A DNA stretch of 63,059 nucleotides, the filler included, from Sluysia triapertura (taxonomy: Eukaryota): the NCBI GenBank assembly GCA_046118255.1. It is 5 parts of 5 records of this genome, joined end to end, with 100 filler letters (N's around TTAATTAATTAA, not from the genome) between each part and the next. Parts side by side here need not be neighbours in the genome. Positions count along the whole stretch, not along the records: positions 49,194 to 63,059 come from JBJNIA010016304.1; 4 more parts are not named here. The stretch is one strand, 5' to 3'. Positions within the stretch are counted from its first letter, which is position 1. Each line of letters begins with the position of its first letter. Of the stretch, positions 51,496 through 63,059 are shown piece after piece. Position numbers and translations under genes: made by a program. The notes under the pieces were generated by a model, which saw only the letters and a list, made by a program, of their open reading frames with translations, was not told the DNA's origin and did no database searches.

Positions 51496-53167
51496 GCCTA
51501 ACAATTTTATTTTATTATAGTCAATTATACTATCATTAATCTAAATGGCCCATATTAACCTCAACGTGATTATTGTTCCATTATTATTATAGTTTAATTT
51601 ATTGTTATTATACTCTGAATAACGAAAAGTGAAATTGTTATCAAAAGTTAATTGCCATTATTGTTTGGGAAAGTAATGTAATATATTTTACTAGGTTGCG
51701 TAGAGATATAAGACATTTAAGTTGCGTACTTGGCTGCCGTATTTGCCACTAAATTAGTTTCTAGGTTCACTAAAATTTTTTATCGAATAAGATTAAATGA
51801 GTTATCTAAATTAATCTTATAATTAATTAATCTCATAATTAAAATTATTTTATTAAAAATTTGGCATTTAAAAATATCTATTTTAAAATAAATTAATCAT
51901 AGATTCAACACCTTTAAATCTCTGATACATTTAATGATTTTGAGCGAATTAGTGACTTGTAAAATTGTACATTGTGGTGATGTTGTAAAACGTGAGTTTA
52001 ATGTTGGGTGTGATAAATGATGAAAATTGAATATCATAAAAATGTTAAAGGATTCTGTCAGCTGGTGTAGGACTTAGTGAATACTAAAATTAGAGGTTAA
52101 ATTTCGTGATTGAGCCACCAAGTCACCTTAATCCATAGCTATTTTACGAAACGAACTTTTTCGTTTATATATTTTATCTGGAAAAAGCTTATATAAATGG
52201 CAATGCCTCATTACCATCTTTCTTGTTGTGCATTATTTATCTGTTTGTCATCTTTATTACAATTATAATTTCCATTATTATTAATAATATTTTCAATAAT
52301 TACATTATTAACTATTACAATAATTTTTATTAATTTTAACTTTCAATTGTTAATTCTTATTAATAATTTATTATTATTATTATTATTATTATCATTATTA
52401 TTATTTTCATAATTTCCATAAAGTTTGTTATTTTTTGTTCAATTATTTTATAATTTAGTTTTATAATTAACACGTTGACGTACACTTTTTTCCTCATCTT
52501 GCCCAAAAACGCACTTCTTTGATGCTGCCTTAATCAAATAAATATAATTTGCTTGTCTAAAAACTAAAATTATCACGCATTTTCAAAATTTTTTGAGGAA
52601 AACTTTTGACGGCTATAACCGTAATTTGCTTATCACAACATGTTCTGACTTGTTCAAGGCATTAATATTCGTACAAAAAATGTTCTTAGCTGTTAAGTAG
52701 AATGTTATATTTTTTGTTGATTGGGAGACCGCATTAATGTACTAGTAAACACTGTGTTCGTCATGATCAGTTTTTATTAAAGGGAATATTTGAGTCGTCT
52801 ATAGCCTTCATTTGTTTTCAAGTTGACAAAGACTGGCGGCAATATGTTAAATTAATTTTTATTTTTACTTTAATTTTTATATCTAATTTATTTTTGGCTT
52901 AGGCCTGACAGATTATTTTATTGGGAAGTCCTTTTAATTCAACAAAATCAGAAAAGGTTTCTAGCCAAGTATTTTATACACCTTAACTCTTAAGAATCCT
53001 AGCACAAAGTAATTATTTTCTTATTGTTATGTCTTTTTTTAAAAATAATGAAAACTTAATGTATTTTCAAATATCACAAGAAATTATCAATTCCAAATTC
53101 AACATTATAAATCTCAATATATTCTCACATATTACAATAAATGTTAATTATGTTAGACTTCATAATA

Positions 53168-53239
53168 TGGACTGACCGGGGATCGAACCCGGGACCTCTC
53201 ATTGCTCAATTCGTTGCTCTACCACTGAACTATCAGCCC
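53168..53239 (-). pseudogene. tRNA-derived (Ala-like) pseudogene or SINE head
   Basis: GGGCTGA-TA-GTTCAGTGGTAGAGC..AGGTC-CCGGG-TTCGATC-CCCGG-TCAGTCC-A. Acceptor, D and T arms pair and A/B boxes are intact, but the anticodon stem does not pair. Confidence 0.75.
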
Positions 53240-54699
53240 CGACTAACAATTTTAGATTATTGTGTTCAATTATACTAAATGGCACCTTAGGCCTATATAA
53301 TAACAAGTATACCAATGTTCCTTGTAACCGTATACTTTCAATACATAAATTCAACAATTATAAATCACTCTCCTATGTACTAAATCTATAAAATCCAAAA
53401 CTGACACAACACAATAAATGCTGACTCTCATATTAAAACTAATAAAATAAGAATAACCTAAGTGACTAACCTTAACAATAAAACTACTGCTTGTAAAGTT
53501 TAATCAATTGCAGAAGATAGGTCCTCAATCACAGTGTTTATCACAATTGCGTTGAGGCAGCGTCCCTAATAGTTTTGGATACTAAGTTTTCTCTTCTATT
53601 CTTGTTCTAATTTTATGACAAAAATACACTTGTTTATGTAACAGTTGAGTAACTGCTTAGGAGATTAAAATGGGAAATAATTACTTATGAAACTATTCAT
53701 TCTTTTTAGTCGGTCATGTGCCGGCCAATTTTAAAAATTAAATTTCAACAATAATTTCCGTAGGCTTCCCATTTTATTGTCTCCTGCAATTGCCCAAAGA
53801 TAAGGTGATTTGTGATAAACAGTTCCCTTATCTTTTCAATATAACTAAATCAAAATTTAACATCGTTATTACATTAATATTTTGTTATTAACACAATTTA
53901 TCAACTTAAATACCAAATTCCTTTCCATATACAAATTTTATATAATACGTCATGCGTTAACCGTACGTCGCAAGTTGATTTCAATAACATATTTCAGTTG
54001 GTATCTTCATGAGTATTAATTTAATATATACTTAATCGTACGTAAACATCACAACATTTATAAATTTAATTTTAGATTATAAAAACTAATTAAAGTAACT
54101 AATTTTGACGTTACCTGCAACAACGTGCTTCGTAATATTAAGAATACTAATGAAATTCTACATTATACACTAATTCTAATGTTATTTTATCATGTGCAGA
54201 CATTATTCACGAAATTATTAAATTAAACTATTTTCAATTAAATTTAATTAATAAGTGTACTTTAATATTTCAGCAAATAAAACCTTATAAATGGTTCTTT
54301 CTTCGTACATTTCATTCTTTTATTTTGATTTAAATATTTTATATACTTAATTTGTTATATTTTATCTTGATTCCTCAAGATATTTATTTTATTTTTATGT
54401 TATGAGTTATAATCCTTGTGTTCTTAAACATTATGAAGAAATTTCTTTATAGCAGTAATTAAAATATTAAATTATAATCTTTAATTAAATTTAAATTAAT
54501 TTAAACGTTTAATTTAAAAATTAATTAAATTAATGAAATATTTAAATTAGTTTAGGTTTTGAATGAATTCCAATCATGTTGTTTATTTTATTCATGGATA
54601 TAGGGTTACTACTATAAAAATTATAAATATAAAAATTTTATATTTACAAAATTAAATATAGAAAATGTGATTATAAATTACTTTACATTTTACAATTAT

Positions 54700-56170
54700 C
54701 ATCAACCTTAGAATTTTGCTTGAGATTATTTTGAATCTCACGTAATATCCGTTAGGATTATAGTAAATATTCAAGTAATGTACTTTATTTGAGTTCTGAA
54801 TAAAAATTCAAAATATTTCATTAATCCAATACAAGTAATACTTTGAAATATAAGGTCATTATGAGATATAAAATAAAATTTGACTTTAGAATAATCGAAT
54901 AGTAAATTTAAAACAAACACAATTTAAATATTTATAGAATTAAGGACACATTTAAGTAAAACAATATGAGCAGGGTCCTGTTACAGTAAACGGCTTACAA
55001 TGTAGAAAGGGCGTTCCTGTAATACTAAAAACTGGGCCTTTAATGCTCTTTTATGTAATTTAATTTATTTAACGTATAAGTTAATTCTTCACTAAACGGA
55101 GTTAAATCCAATAATTACACAAATGCTTATATTTTAACATTTTTAAATTATACAAATGGCTATAATCTAAACAAAAATTTTTATAAAATTATTATTCATG
55201 TAAGGATCAAAAACACTAAATAAATAAGGCGAAAAGAAAGACTAAACTAATTTTGAAATTAAAACCTCAATGGTCTTTAACAATTGTTTTTAACAAAATG
55301 AATTTAAGTGTATTTTATCCCATCAATATTTCGGGAAATTAATAATATATTTAAAAAATGAATTTACATATATTTTAGGATGCTAATTTACGTCAAACAT
55401 GGAACAATCAGGTACTGATCGAGATGATGCTGAAAATATAGTATACTTGAACTAAGTTACCAAACTGATGATTGAATCTAAAAAAGGTAGATGAAAAGTG
55501 GCTAACAGAAAAAATTGTTAAAATCAAAAATGCCGATTACTAAACGTTCGCTATTAATGAACTGATGCTAGTTTATGTACCAGTCATCAGCCAATAAGAA
55601 TTGATGAAATATTCTGTTTTTAGAAACGAATTTTCTTATTTCGAGAATAAATTTCTTTTTTGGAAAATAAGTTTTTTAATGATTTTTAAGATTGTGATGG
55701 TATTTTTCAAATATTTAAAGGGTTGTGATAGCATCCAAACATTAACTATGTTAATAAAGGTGAAAGCTAGATCTACTTTATAAGACATATTTGTATTTGA
55801 AAAATAATAGAAATACTTGAATTATCTGTGCTACATTCCAAACAATATTTTGACTCTAGAATTAATTCAAAACTTTCTTAAATTTGTACATTGGCTTTAT
55901 GACAAAAGTTATATAATACCAATTTTCATTTACTGAACTTCTTCTGAAGGGATTTAATCCACATAAGGTACGTTTTTGTTAAAATATTTGTAATATTTAC
56001 TAAATGACAATAAACTCAGATGTTTTAGTATAACATAAAATTAATTTGCATTCACTTTTCAAAATTACTTCTACAGTAATTCAATGTATTTATTTAGCAA
56101 CCATTTCTTCATTATAATTTTAATTATTTAATGTACTATACAAATTGAATGCAAAAGTTTAAGAAATTAC
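54700..56170 (-). repeat. Inverted copy of the long LTR-like repeat at 22.5-23.8 kb
   Basis: Blocks match the rc of 22930-23110 and 23545-23700. Confidence 0.65.
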
Positions 56171-56320
56171 ACAGAGGGTTATTTGACGTACAGTACTCAA
56201 TAGAAGACTAAATGAATTTGTTTATTTTTCAAAACTATGCATCATGTTTGACACCGTTTTCAGTTGTATCAGTTATATTTTGTTTGAGCATTAATACTAA
56301 TTTGAATCATTTAATTTCAG

Positions 56321-57013
56321 AACGGCATTGCATATGACGTCCAAGTGAACAATTTAAAAAGTAAACCAATTCAAAAACAAAACGAAACTGAAACATTTCA
56401 CTCGTTACAAAAACCACAATTTAATTCAACAATATCCGAAATTCATCACATTGAAAATGAAAAATTATCAAATCCTTTTAATAAAATGGCCAATTACACC
56501 GAATTCACTGTTAATAAAACTCAAAGTAAATTAGAAAAACGAACATTGGAAAAAAAATTATCGGCTTTATCAAACAAGCAATTAATTCGTAACTGCATCT
56601 ATCGCATTGCATACAATGAATTAACAATACGACGAATAAAAAATAAACTACAGTTTAATAAACCAGACAGTAAATTAGTAGCACCGTTCAGTAAAAGACT
56701 CCATGAATTGAATGAATTTAATACACGTATGAAACGAAAATTAATCAATATGGTACATGAAGAACGAAAAATGAAAAACAGTGGTAAACGCATTTTATTC
56801 AAAATGTACGATAAAAAAGAACTTATGAAATATTTAATCGATTTGCAAATTGTAAACAATGAATTGCACGATATGAAATCTGGAATTCGACCCTGGGCTA
56901 GTCGATACTGGAATCCACACCAATCTCATGCACATAGACCACATCATAGATTTTGGCACCGGAGACGTTTCTGGAAAGCTGCCATCAATTTGAAATTATC
57001 AAAATTAGCATTG
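56321..57013 (+). CDS. Exon of an orphan basic, helical protein with a His/Arg/Trp-rich segment
   Basis: tttcag acceptor, gtaatc donor, 693 nt open, phase 0. Confidence 0.65.
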
Positions 57014-57068
57014 GTAATCTGTTTCATAATCGTTAAATTACTTACATAATTCATTTGTGGTTTCATAG

Positions 57069-57110
57069 TACATTAAGCAAAATTTATTCAACATGATCAC
57101 TTTATCCTAA
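57069..57110 (+). CDS. Putative terminal exon of the orphan gene
   Basis: 55-nt GT..AG intron, then YIKQNLFNMITLS* followed by AATAAA. Confidence 0.5.
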   Translation, partial: YIKQNLFNMITLS

Positions 57111-57351
57111 ATAAAAGGGAATCGTTTGTTCAAACCTTACATTACCATAATTATACTTATTTTAAAATGAAAAGATTATGTAAATTATTTTATCTCCTAA
57201 ACCAAACATACTTAAAAATTAAAATTTCGCATGTTAATAAAGACGTAACAAAATTTAAAATAAGAATGTATTACGAAATTCAGAAACAATCATACGACAG
57301 TTAATAACGGGTTTTTAATGATAAAATTGTATAAAAATTAATGGAATTCAA

Positions 57352-57416
<65 letters not shown>

Positions 57417-57713
57417 CAAATTGAGCGTATACATTTTTTGGTAAAGTCAAGTAAAAGAGGCTGCATAAAATTCTTTAATTTCATAACTATAATATAATTA
57501 ATAAATATTGTATTTAAACAAATTAATAATAGTAATAATATCCTAATACTTGACAAAAACCATATGAAACAAATTTATTAAAATCATATTAAATTATAAA
57601 ATGTTTTATAGGCAAATCGTTTAACGAAAAATAAAACAGTAATGTTATAAAAATGTATATCAGAATTTTCGCAGAAAAACTTAAATTCAATATTTAGTTA
57701 AAAAGTTTCATTG

Positions 57714-58031
57714 TTAAAGATCAGATTGACCGTACAATGAATTGGAAAATGTTTTATAATCGTATCCACAAATATCACCAGATGGGCCAACATATTCCGA
57801 CATATTTTTAAGACAATATTCAGCTTGATCTTTTGGCAATTCTCGACGCAATTCATCTTCAGTTATGTAATCCTTGTCACCGGCTAAAATTTGGAACGAT
57901 TGAATAATTTGAGCAACACCATCTTCATCAGCAGTTCCATGAGTCATAAAATCGATAAATGATTCAAATGACACATATCCGTTATTATCAGGGTCTACTT
58001 TTAACATGATACGACTGAAATCTGCTTCACC
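57714..58031 (-). CDS. ACTN: Alpha-actinin, last exon (C-terminal EF hands)
   Basis: aatag acceptor. GEADFSRIMLKVDPDNNGYVSFESFIDFMT..QIIQSFQILAGDKDYITEDELRRELPKDQAEYC..YDYKTFSNSLYGQSDL* is the diagnostic alpha-actinin C-terminus. Confidence 0.96.
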   Translation of the reverse strand, partial: GEADFSRIMLKVDPDNNGYVSFESFIDFMTHGTADEDGVAQIIQSFQILAGDKDYITEDELRRELPKDQAEYCLKNMSEYVGPSGDICGYDYKTFSNSLYGQSDL

Positions 58032-58243
58032 CTATTAAAGCAAAAAACATAATATTAATTATAATTAAAATAGTGCATAAAATCAAATAAGTATTATTCA
58101 TATAATATAAATATAAATACCAAGTAAATCAAAAAGTAAATAATATTATTTGAGTTTATATCAAAAGGCTTGAAAATTTTGGGACATGTTAAATTTAGTA
58201 ATTAAATTTAATAATGCGAATCACAACCAAGAGGTGCATTTAA

Positions 58244-58376
58244 CCCTTTGATGGACACAATGGCTAAAACCCTAAATACTAAAGTAAATTATGGTGAAGT
58301 TACATGTACTACCGACGTGTCAAAATACCTCAATTAAATTTTCGAAATTTAGCTCAATAACTTGTTTGCCAAATGG
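58244..58376. mobile_element. Possible piggyBac-like MITE in the alpha-actinin intron
   Basis: TTAA|CCCTTTGATGGAC ... GTTTGCCAAATGG|TTAA; imperfect TIRs. Confidence 0.4.
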
Positions 58377-59195
58377 TTAAATAAGTCGCATTAAAGTGAT
58401 TAGAAAGTTAATTTTAATATTAATGTAAAATTATTACAAATTTCGGACATGATCTATCAACTTTACATAAATTTAAACTTTGATGAAAGTCAAAGTAACC
58501 TTTTAAGAAAAAAACTATTTTTATTTGGATTTAATGTAGAAAATGTTTGGATTATTAAAAATATTACGTCAAGAAAGAAAAAATCGAAATATTTGATATG
58601 GGATTTTAATTGATTTCAAATATCATTATGAAGAATTAACTTAATTGAGAAATAAAATCTAAAAACGTTTGTTTTATTTTTAGACTCAAAAATAAAATAA
58701 ATTTTCGGCACAAAAATAATAAAATTACTCATCTTAACAAGCAGAACAATCTTAACAATCAATAGCAATATAAATTATATTCAAACATATTAAGCAATTA
58801 AAACAAACATAATTATATACACACATTAGTAATATATGAGTCTGAATTCTATTATCAAGTATTTATAAAATTATTCATTTAATGAATTATCAATAATAAT
58901 AAAAAATAAAAAATAAGATTCATTTGAAACTGGACTATAAATTACAATTATTTGATTTATTAGATAAAAGTTTAAATTAGAAAGCGGTTAATGGACACTT
59001 AATATAGAATATTTAATACTATCATTATTTTAGTTTGACTCAAACCACAAGAATTAGAATAAAGCTTAAATCTAATTACTTAAAAATAAAACTCAAAATT
59101 ATTTGATATTTTTCTTTTTTAAGCATTTACATAGCAAACAAACATAACATTAATTATATTTCGAAAAATTCGAAAGCACAATACAATGCAACACA

Positions 59196-59198
<3 letters not shown>

Positions 59199-59275
<77 letters not shown>

Positions 59276-59345
59276 GCAATAGCAATAGTAATAATAATAG
59301 TAATAGTTATAATATTATTAATATTAATAATAGCACTAATAATAC
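59199..59345. repeat. (AAT)n microsatellite (others at 24135-24208, 35377-35455, 49194-49270, 57352-57416)
   Basis: Direct reading of the sequence. Confidence 0.95.
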
Positions 59346-62300
59346 TGATATTAATACGACAAATTCATCGTTTTTGCCGTTATCGTCATCGTCAGATAAT
59401 TCAGATAATTCAGCTTCATTGTCATCAAATTGTCCTATGCAGAGACTTTTACGTATTACTAATAATATTGAAATGACTAATGAAATATTAAAGTATTTTG
59501 CACCGCGAACTGTATTAACTAGTTAAAATATAATTTATTTTTATAATAATCATTATTACAATGATTAACTAAGATGGTTTATTTCTACTTATTTTTATAT
59601 TATCATTTCTAATTAATTAATTAATTAATTAATCAATTAAAAGTCAAAATGGCAGTTCTTTTCTATATACTTTCTCATAGTGATTTAACTAATTTATATT
59701 TTTTTCATTCCAATATATCTTTATAGCGCAATATTTTTTAAATTAATATTATAATAAATTAAAATAACCTATAGTAAGAATTAATAGCAGATTCATAAGA
59801 ATTTCCTTGATATCGAATTTTATCACATTAGGTCAAATGCGGCGAACTTTTTCCTTGTATTGGTATGTCATTTAAAAATCACATTTAATATTTAATGTTT
59901 TTATATTTTCGAAACAAAACAATATCTATTTTCTCAGGATAAATATTATATTTTGATGTTATTAATTTATTAATATTAAAAACGTAATAATTTAGAAAAT
60001 ATTAAAAATTACTGTTATCAACATCTATTTTTCCCATTTAAATAACAAATTTCGATCTACGAAACGCGTGTTATGAGTTCGCTATTGTTGCCTTAGTTTA
60101 TTCATAGAAAATGCTTAAGATTGTTTGATTCAGTGTTTTCTTTTGGTTTATATAAATGTATTCTTGGTATTTTTACTTATTAATTATTTAATTATAATGA
60201 TTGTAATTAATAATGGTAAAATTAAGAAATATTTTTATTTGATACTAATTTTGGCATTCAGCATTTACATTCATTTATTCACCAACTATCTGTTATTTTT
60301 AATGTTTTTTGAACATATAGAACTGAAATTTTTTCATAGAATTTGTCTTAATGAAACTAGTGTGAAATAATATTGATGCATTTTATCTAAAATGTACAGG
60401 TCTAACAAATTTTGCTATGCAGCTATTCGTTGATTTAGACACTACTAAATTACTTGAGATTACATTGCATCACTATTTCTACAAATTAATTTATATAGAA
60501 CTTATTCATACGAATCAAATGGAAGTATTATCAATTAATTAGTCATAAGAATTATAAATACACTGTTTTAAAATTCTTAAATTGAAATCATGAGTAATGA
60601 TTTCATAATAAAGTGTAATTATATAAACAACTTGAACCTGCAATTACTCATTGCGCTTGTAACCGCTTAAGCACAAACATCAATTGTTATTATTGTCATT
60701 GGTTTGTTTAATTTCATTAAATTATCTTTGGTGAAATTAAATATTCATAGTAGTAATTTTTATTTAACTGAATATTAAAATTATTAAAATATAGATATTT
60801 TGCTATAGTTAAAATATATAAAGTCGCAATCACAAAGTCGATAATGCAAAAAAATATAAAATTGATATATTGGATAGATTAAAAACATGCTAAGTGATTA
60901 TCACTGGCGCTGCGCACAAGAATTTTCTTGTTTTTATTTTTGAAGTGTGAAAGTTTAGTTTAATGCAAAATGAATGGTTAATTTATATTATCTTAGCATT
61001 AATTTGTAATATGTAAGAAAATCGGCACTTAAATAGTAAATATTTTCAGTTTTATGCAATTGCGTTCTTTTTAAACTATACAAATTATATATTAATATTT
61101 AACTTTTTAGAGTTTTTAGTTTATTGACAAATGCTCTCTTCTCTCTATTTAGCTAATAAAAACGTCACAATAATCAAAAATGATTCTTTGGTCTTTAGTA
61201 ATATAAGCAGTTGCTTTGATCTTTGTTAGAACTAGATATTGTAACTATTTTAAATAAATGGACTAATATAATGTTTAACTTTAGTAGTTGTTTTACTTAT
61301 TTGCTATCATTGCACATTTTATTGAGTGAGGTTTATGGATATTAAGAGTTTTGAAACTTTTAATTTTGCGAGGGTTTTCTTAACTTATACGTGCGCGAAG
61401 TATATTAATCGATTATATATTATTCCCCTTGAATAGATGGCTGATAAACTTATGGTAGGATTTTTTCTTCTAAATATTTCCACAACTGTTTGAGGGTATT
61501 TTTACTCTACTTGAACAGTCAACCTGTATTTACTAAACCTTAAAAAGTGCTAATTGGAATTTCGTAAAATCGTTAAATGTGTTATAAGTATTTGTTTTAT
61601 TTTTTATGCGGTCTTTTTATCAATGAATGTACTAATATAGACTTAACTTTATATATCTTTTTCAATATCTTTAATTTCCTTAAAAACAACATATACTCAC
61701 TTCGATCAAATTGTGTGTCAGGTGCATGATGAACAATATGTTTTACCTATTTAACATTTTCTACCAACTTCATTTATGACACCTCATTTTTTTCGAATGT
61801 AGATATTACGGTGTTGGTTGTTTATCTTAAGTAGTTTTGAACATTAAAATGATCGGCCATTTTACTTATTACTTTACTTATTGTAAGAAATATATTCACA
61901 AAACCGAAAATATTTTGATTTTCCAATATCCTTTTCCCACATTAATTTATTTACCCAACTTTATTTAATAATCTGATGTCTTCACTTCTGTAGCATCAAC
62001 AGGCTGTATTAGTAGTTTTTCCACACACCAATAATATGTTAATGATAGAATCGATACGATTATTTGAGCAATATCTTTTGGTAAAAGTGGGTGTTTATAC
62101 ATGTCCCAGTGACATCCAGACTGTGGTGAACCCTAATCGTAAACACAACCGCAATCAAACATCAATGCAAACTAACACATCTTTAAATAAAATCTTAAAC
62201 AAACTTCAACACAACCTTACACAAAATGTCATATCATCATACACTATGCATAAAACACAAAATCAATTTTTATAACATCATAAACAGTTTCACAATTAAA

Positions 62301-62689
62301 ATTTAACATTGTCATTGTTGTTATTATAGTCTTATTAATTTTATTATTATTATTATTATTACACACTTAAGGGTCGATGCAAAGATGTCAGCGTTTAAAG
62401 AAAAATGCAAGTACTGGAGGTGAAAGATAATTGTTGATTCTCTTTTCGATAATTATAGCGAGATTAAATAAATTTTTTAATATGAATCTGATCTGTTTAT
62501 AATAGTTTTGAATTTATTATCAAGAAACTCAAATATTTCTTATGTGTAAATTGTTTAAAATTTGTTAAGTCTAGTTAAATTATTAATACGAGTCTTAAGA
62601 TTTAATGGTATAAGATTTCTTTATTCAATTTTTCGTTTTTATACAATGTCAGTGTAGTAAAATTTAATTTTTTAAGAGAAATGTTAGGT

Positions 62690-63059
62690 TTTTTTTAAAT
62701 AGTTGAAATCTTAAAATCTTTAAATAGTTGAGAAATAAAATTATTGGTATTGGTATTAAAAATAAATCTAGTATAGTAATAATTAACCTGAAGAAGTAGA
62801 AAAAGGAATCAGAGAGGTGAAAGTGAAAACATCTAGAGCCTCCTGAATGCCTTATAAACTACTAAAAATTTAGAACCTCAATAAAATTAAGTCTAAAAAT
62901 AGATTAATTAATTAAAAATCTTAATTAACTTAATTAGGAAAAAGTATGTTTTTCTGAATAACTTTTGAATGCTGAATGCTAGGTTAAATTTGAAACTGTG
63001 TATGTATTTGTTTTGAAAAGACCTTTCGATGAAGGTATGGTTTGACCGAGTTCATGCAA
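62690..63059. repeat. Large modular interspersed repeat (copy 3, partial)
   Basis: Matches 790-920 and 2640-2805. Confidence 0.8.

Noticed and set aside
52500-52620. Possible SF1 helicase motif remnant (KKCVFGQDE)
   Set aside because: No Walker A or DE box found; the resemblance is too weak.
53168-53239. Functional tRNA gene
   Set aside because: The anticodon stem cannot pair, and degenerate sister copies exist.
59186-59476. Poly-Ile ORF (also 47887-48189)
   Set aside because: Translation of AAT/ATT microsatellites; the second is antisense to a real exon.

Overview
Very AT-rich eukaryotic (animal) DNA with GT-AG introns, abundant (AAT)n microsatellites and many decayed transposons. The composition suggests a planarian-like flatworm, which is inference only. 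The window is five contigs (1-11605, 11706-24208, 24309-35276, 35377-49093, 49194-63059) joined by artificial 100-bp N/TTAATTAATTAA linkers, so adjacency across linkers means nothing. Host genes: four exons of an aralar/citrin (SLC25A12/13) mitochondrial carrier, the last exon of alpha-actinin, an SH3 exon, a two-exon low-complexity gene end and an orphan basic protein. Mobile elements: Ty3/gypsy gag and pol remnants, several Tc1/mariner and hAT remnants, piggyBac-like and Stowaway-like MITEs, a CR1/L2-type and a NeSL/Utopia-type non-LTR fragment, tRNA-like repeats and long LTR-like repeats. The main finding is two diverged, decayed copies (7.7-11.6 kb minus; 39.5-40.7 kb plus) of a chuvirus-like class III fusion glycoprotein followed directly by a retropepsin. 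In copy 1 the glycoprotein tail is in frame with the protease and is followed by an orphan integrase zinc finger and two more proteases. This suggests an envelope-bearing retroelement family with an unusual env-PR-ZnF-PR-PR polyprotein. Also notable: intact orphan ORFs just upstream of a PPT+LTR (36.4-39.2 kb), and a large modular repeat that appears to carry host-like cargo (CCCH finger, TMEM201/Ima1-like pseudogene). All family assignments come from manual translation and motif recognition; no database search was run.
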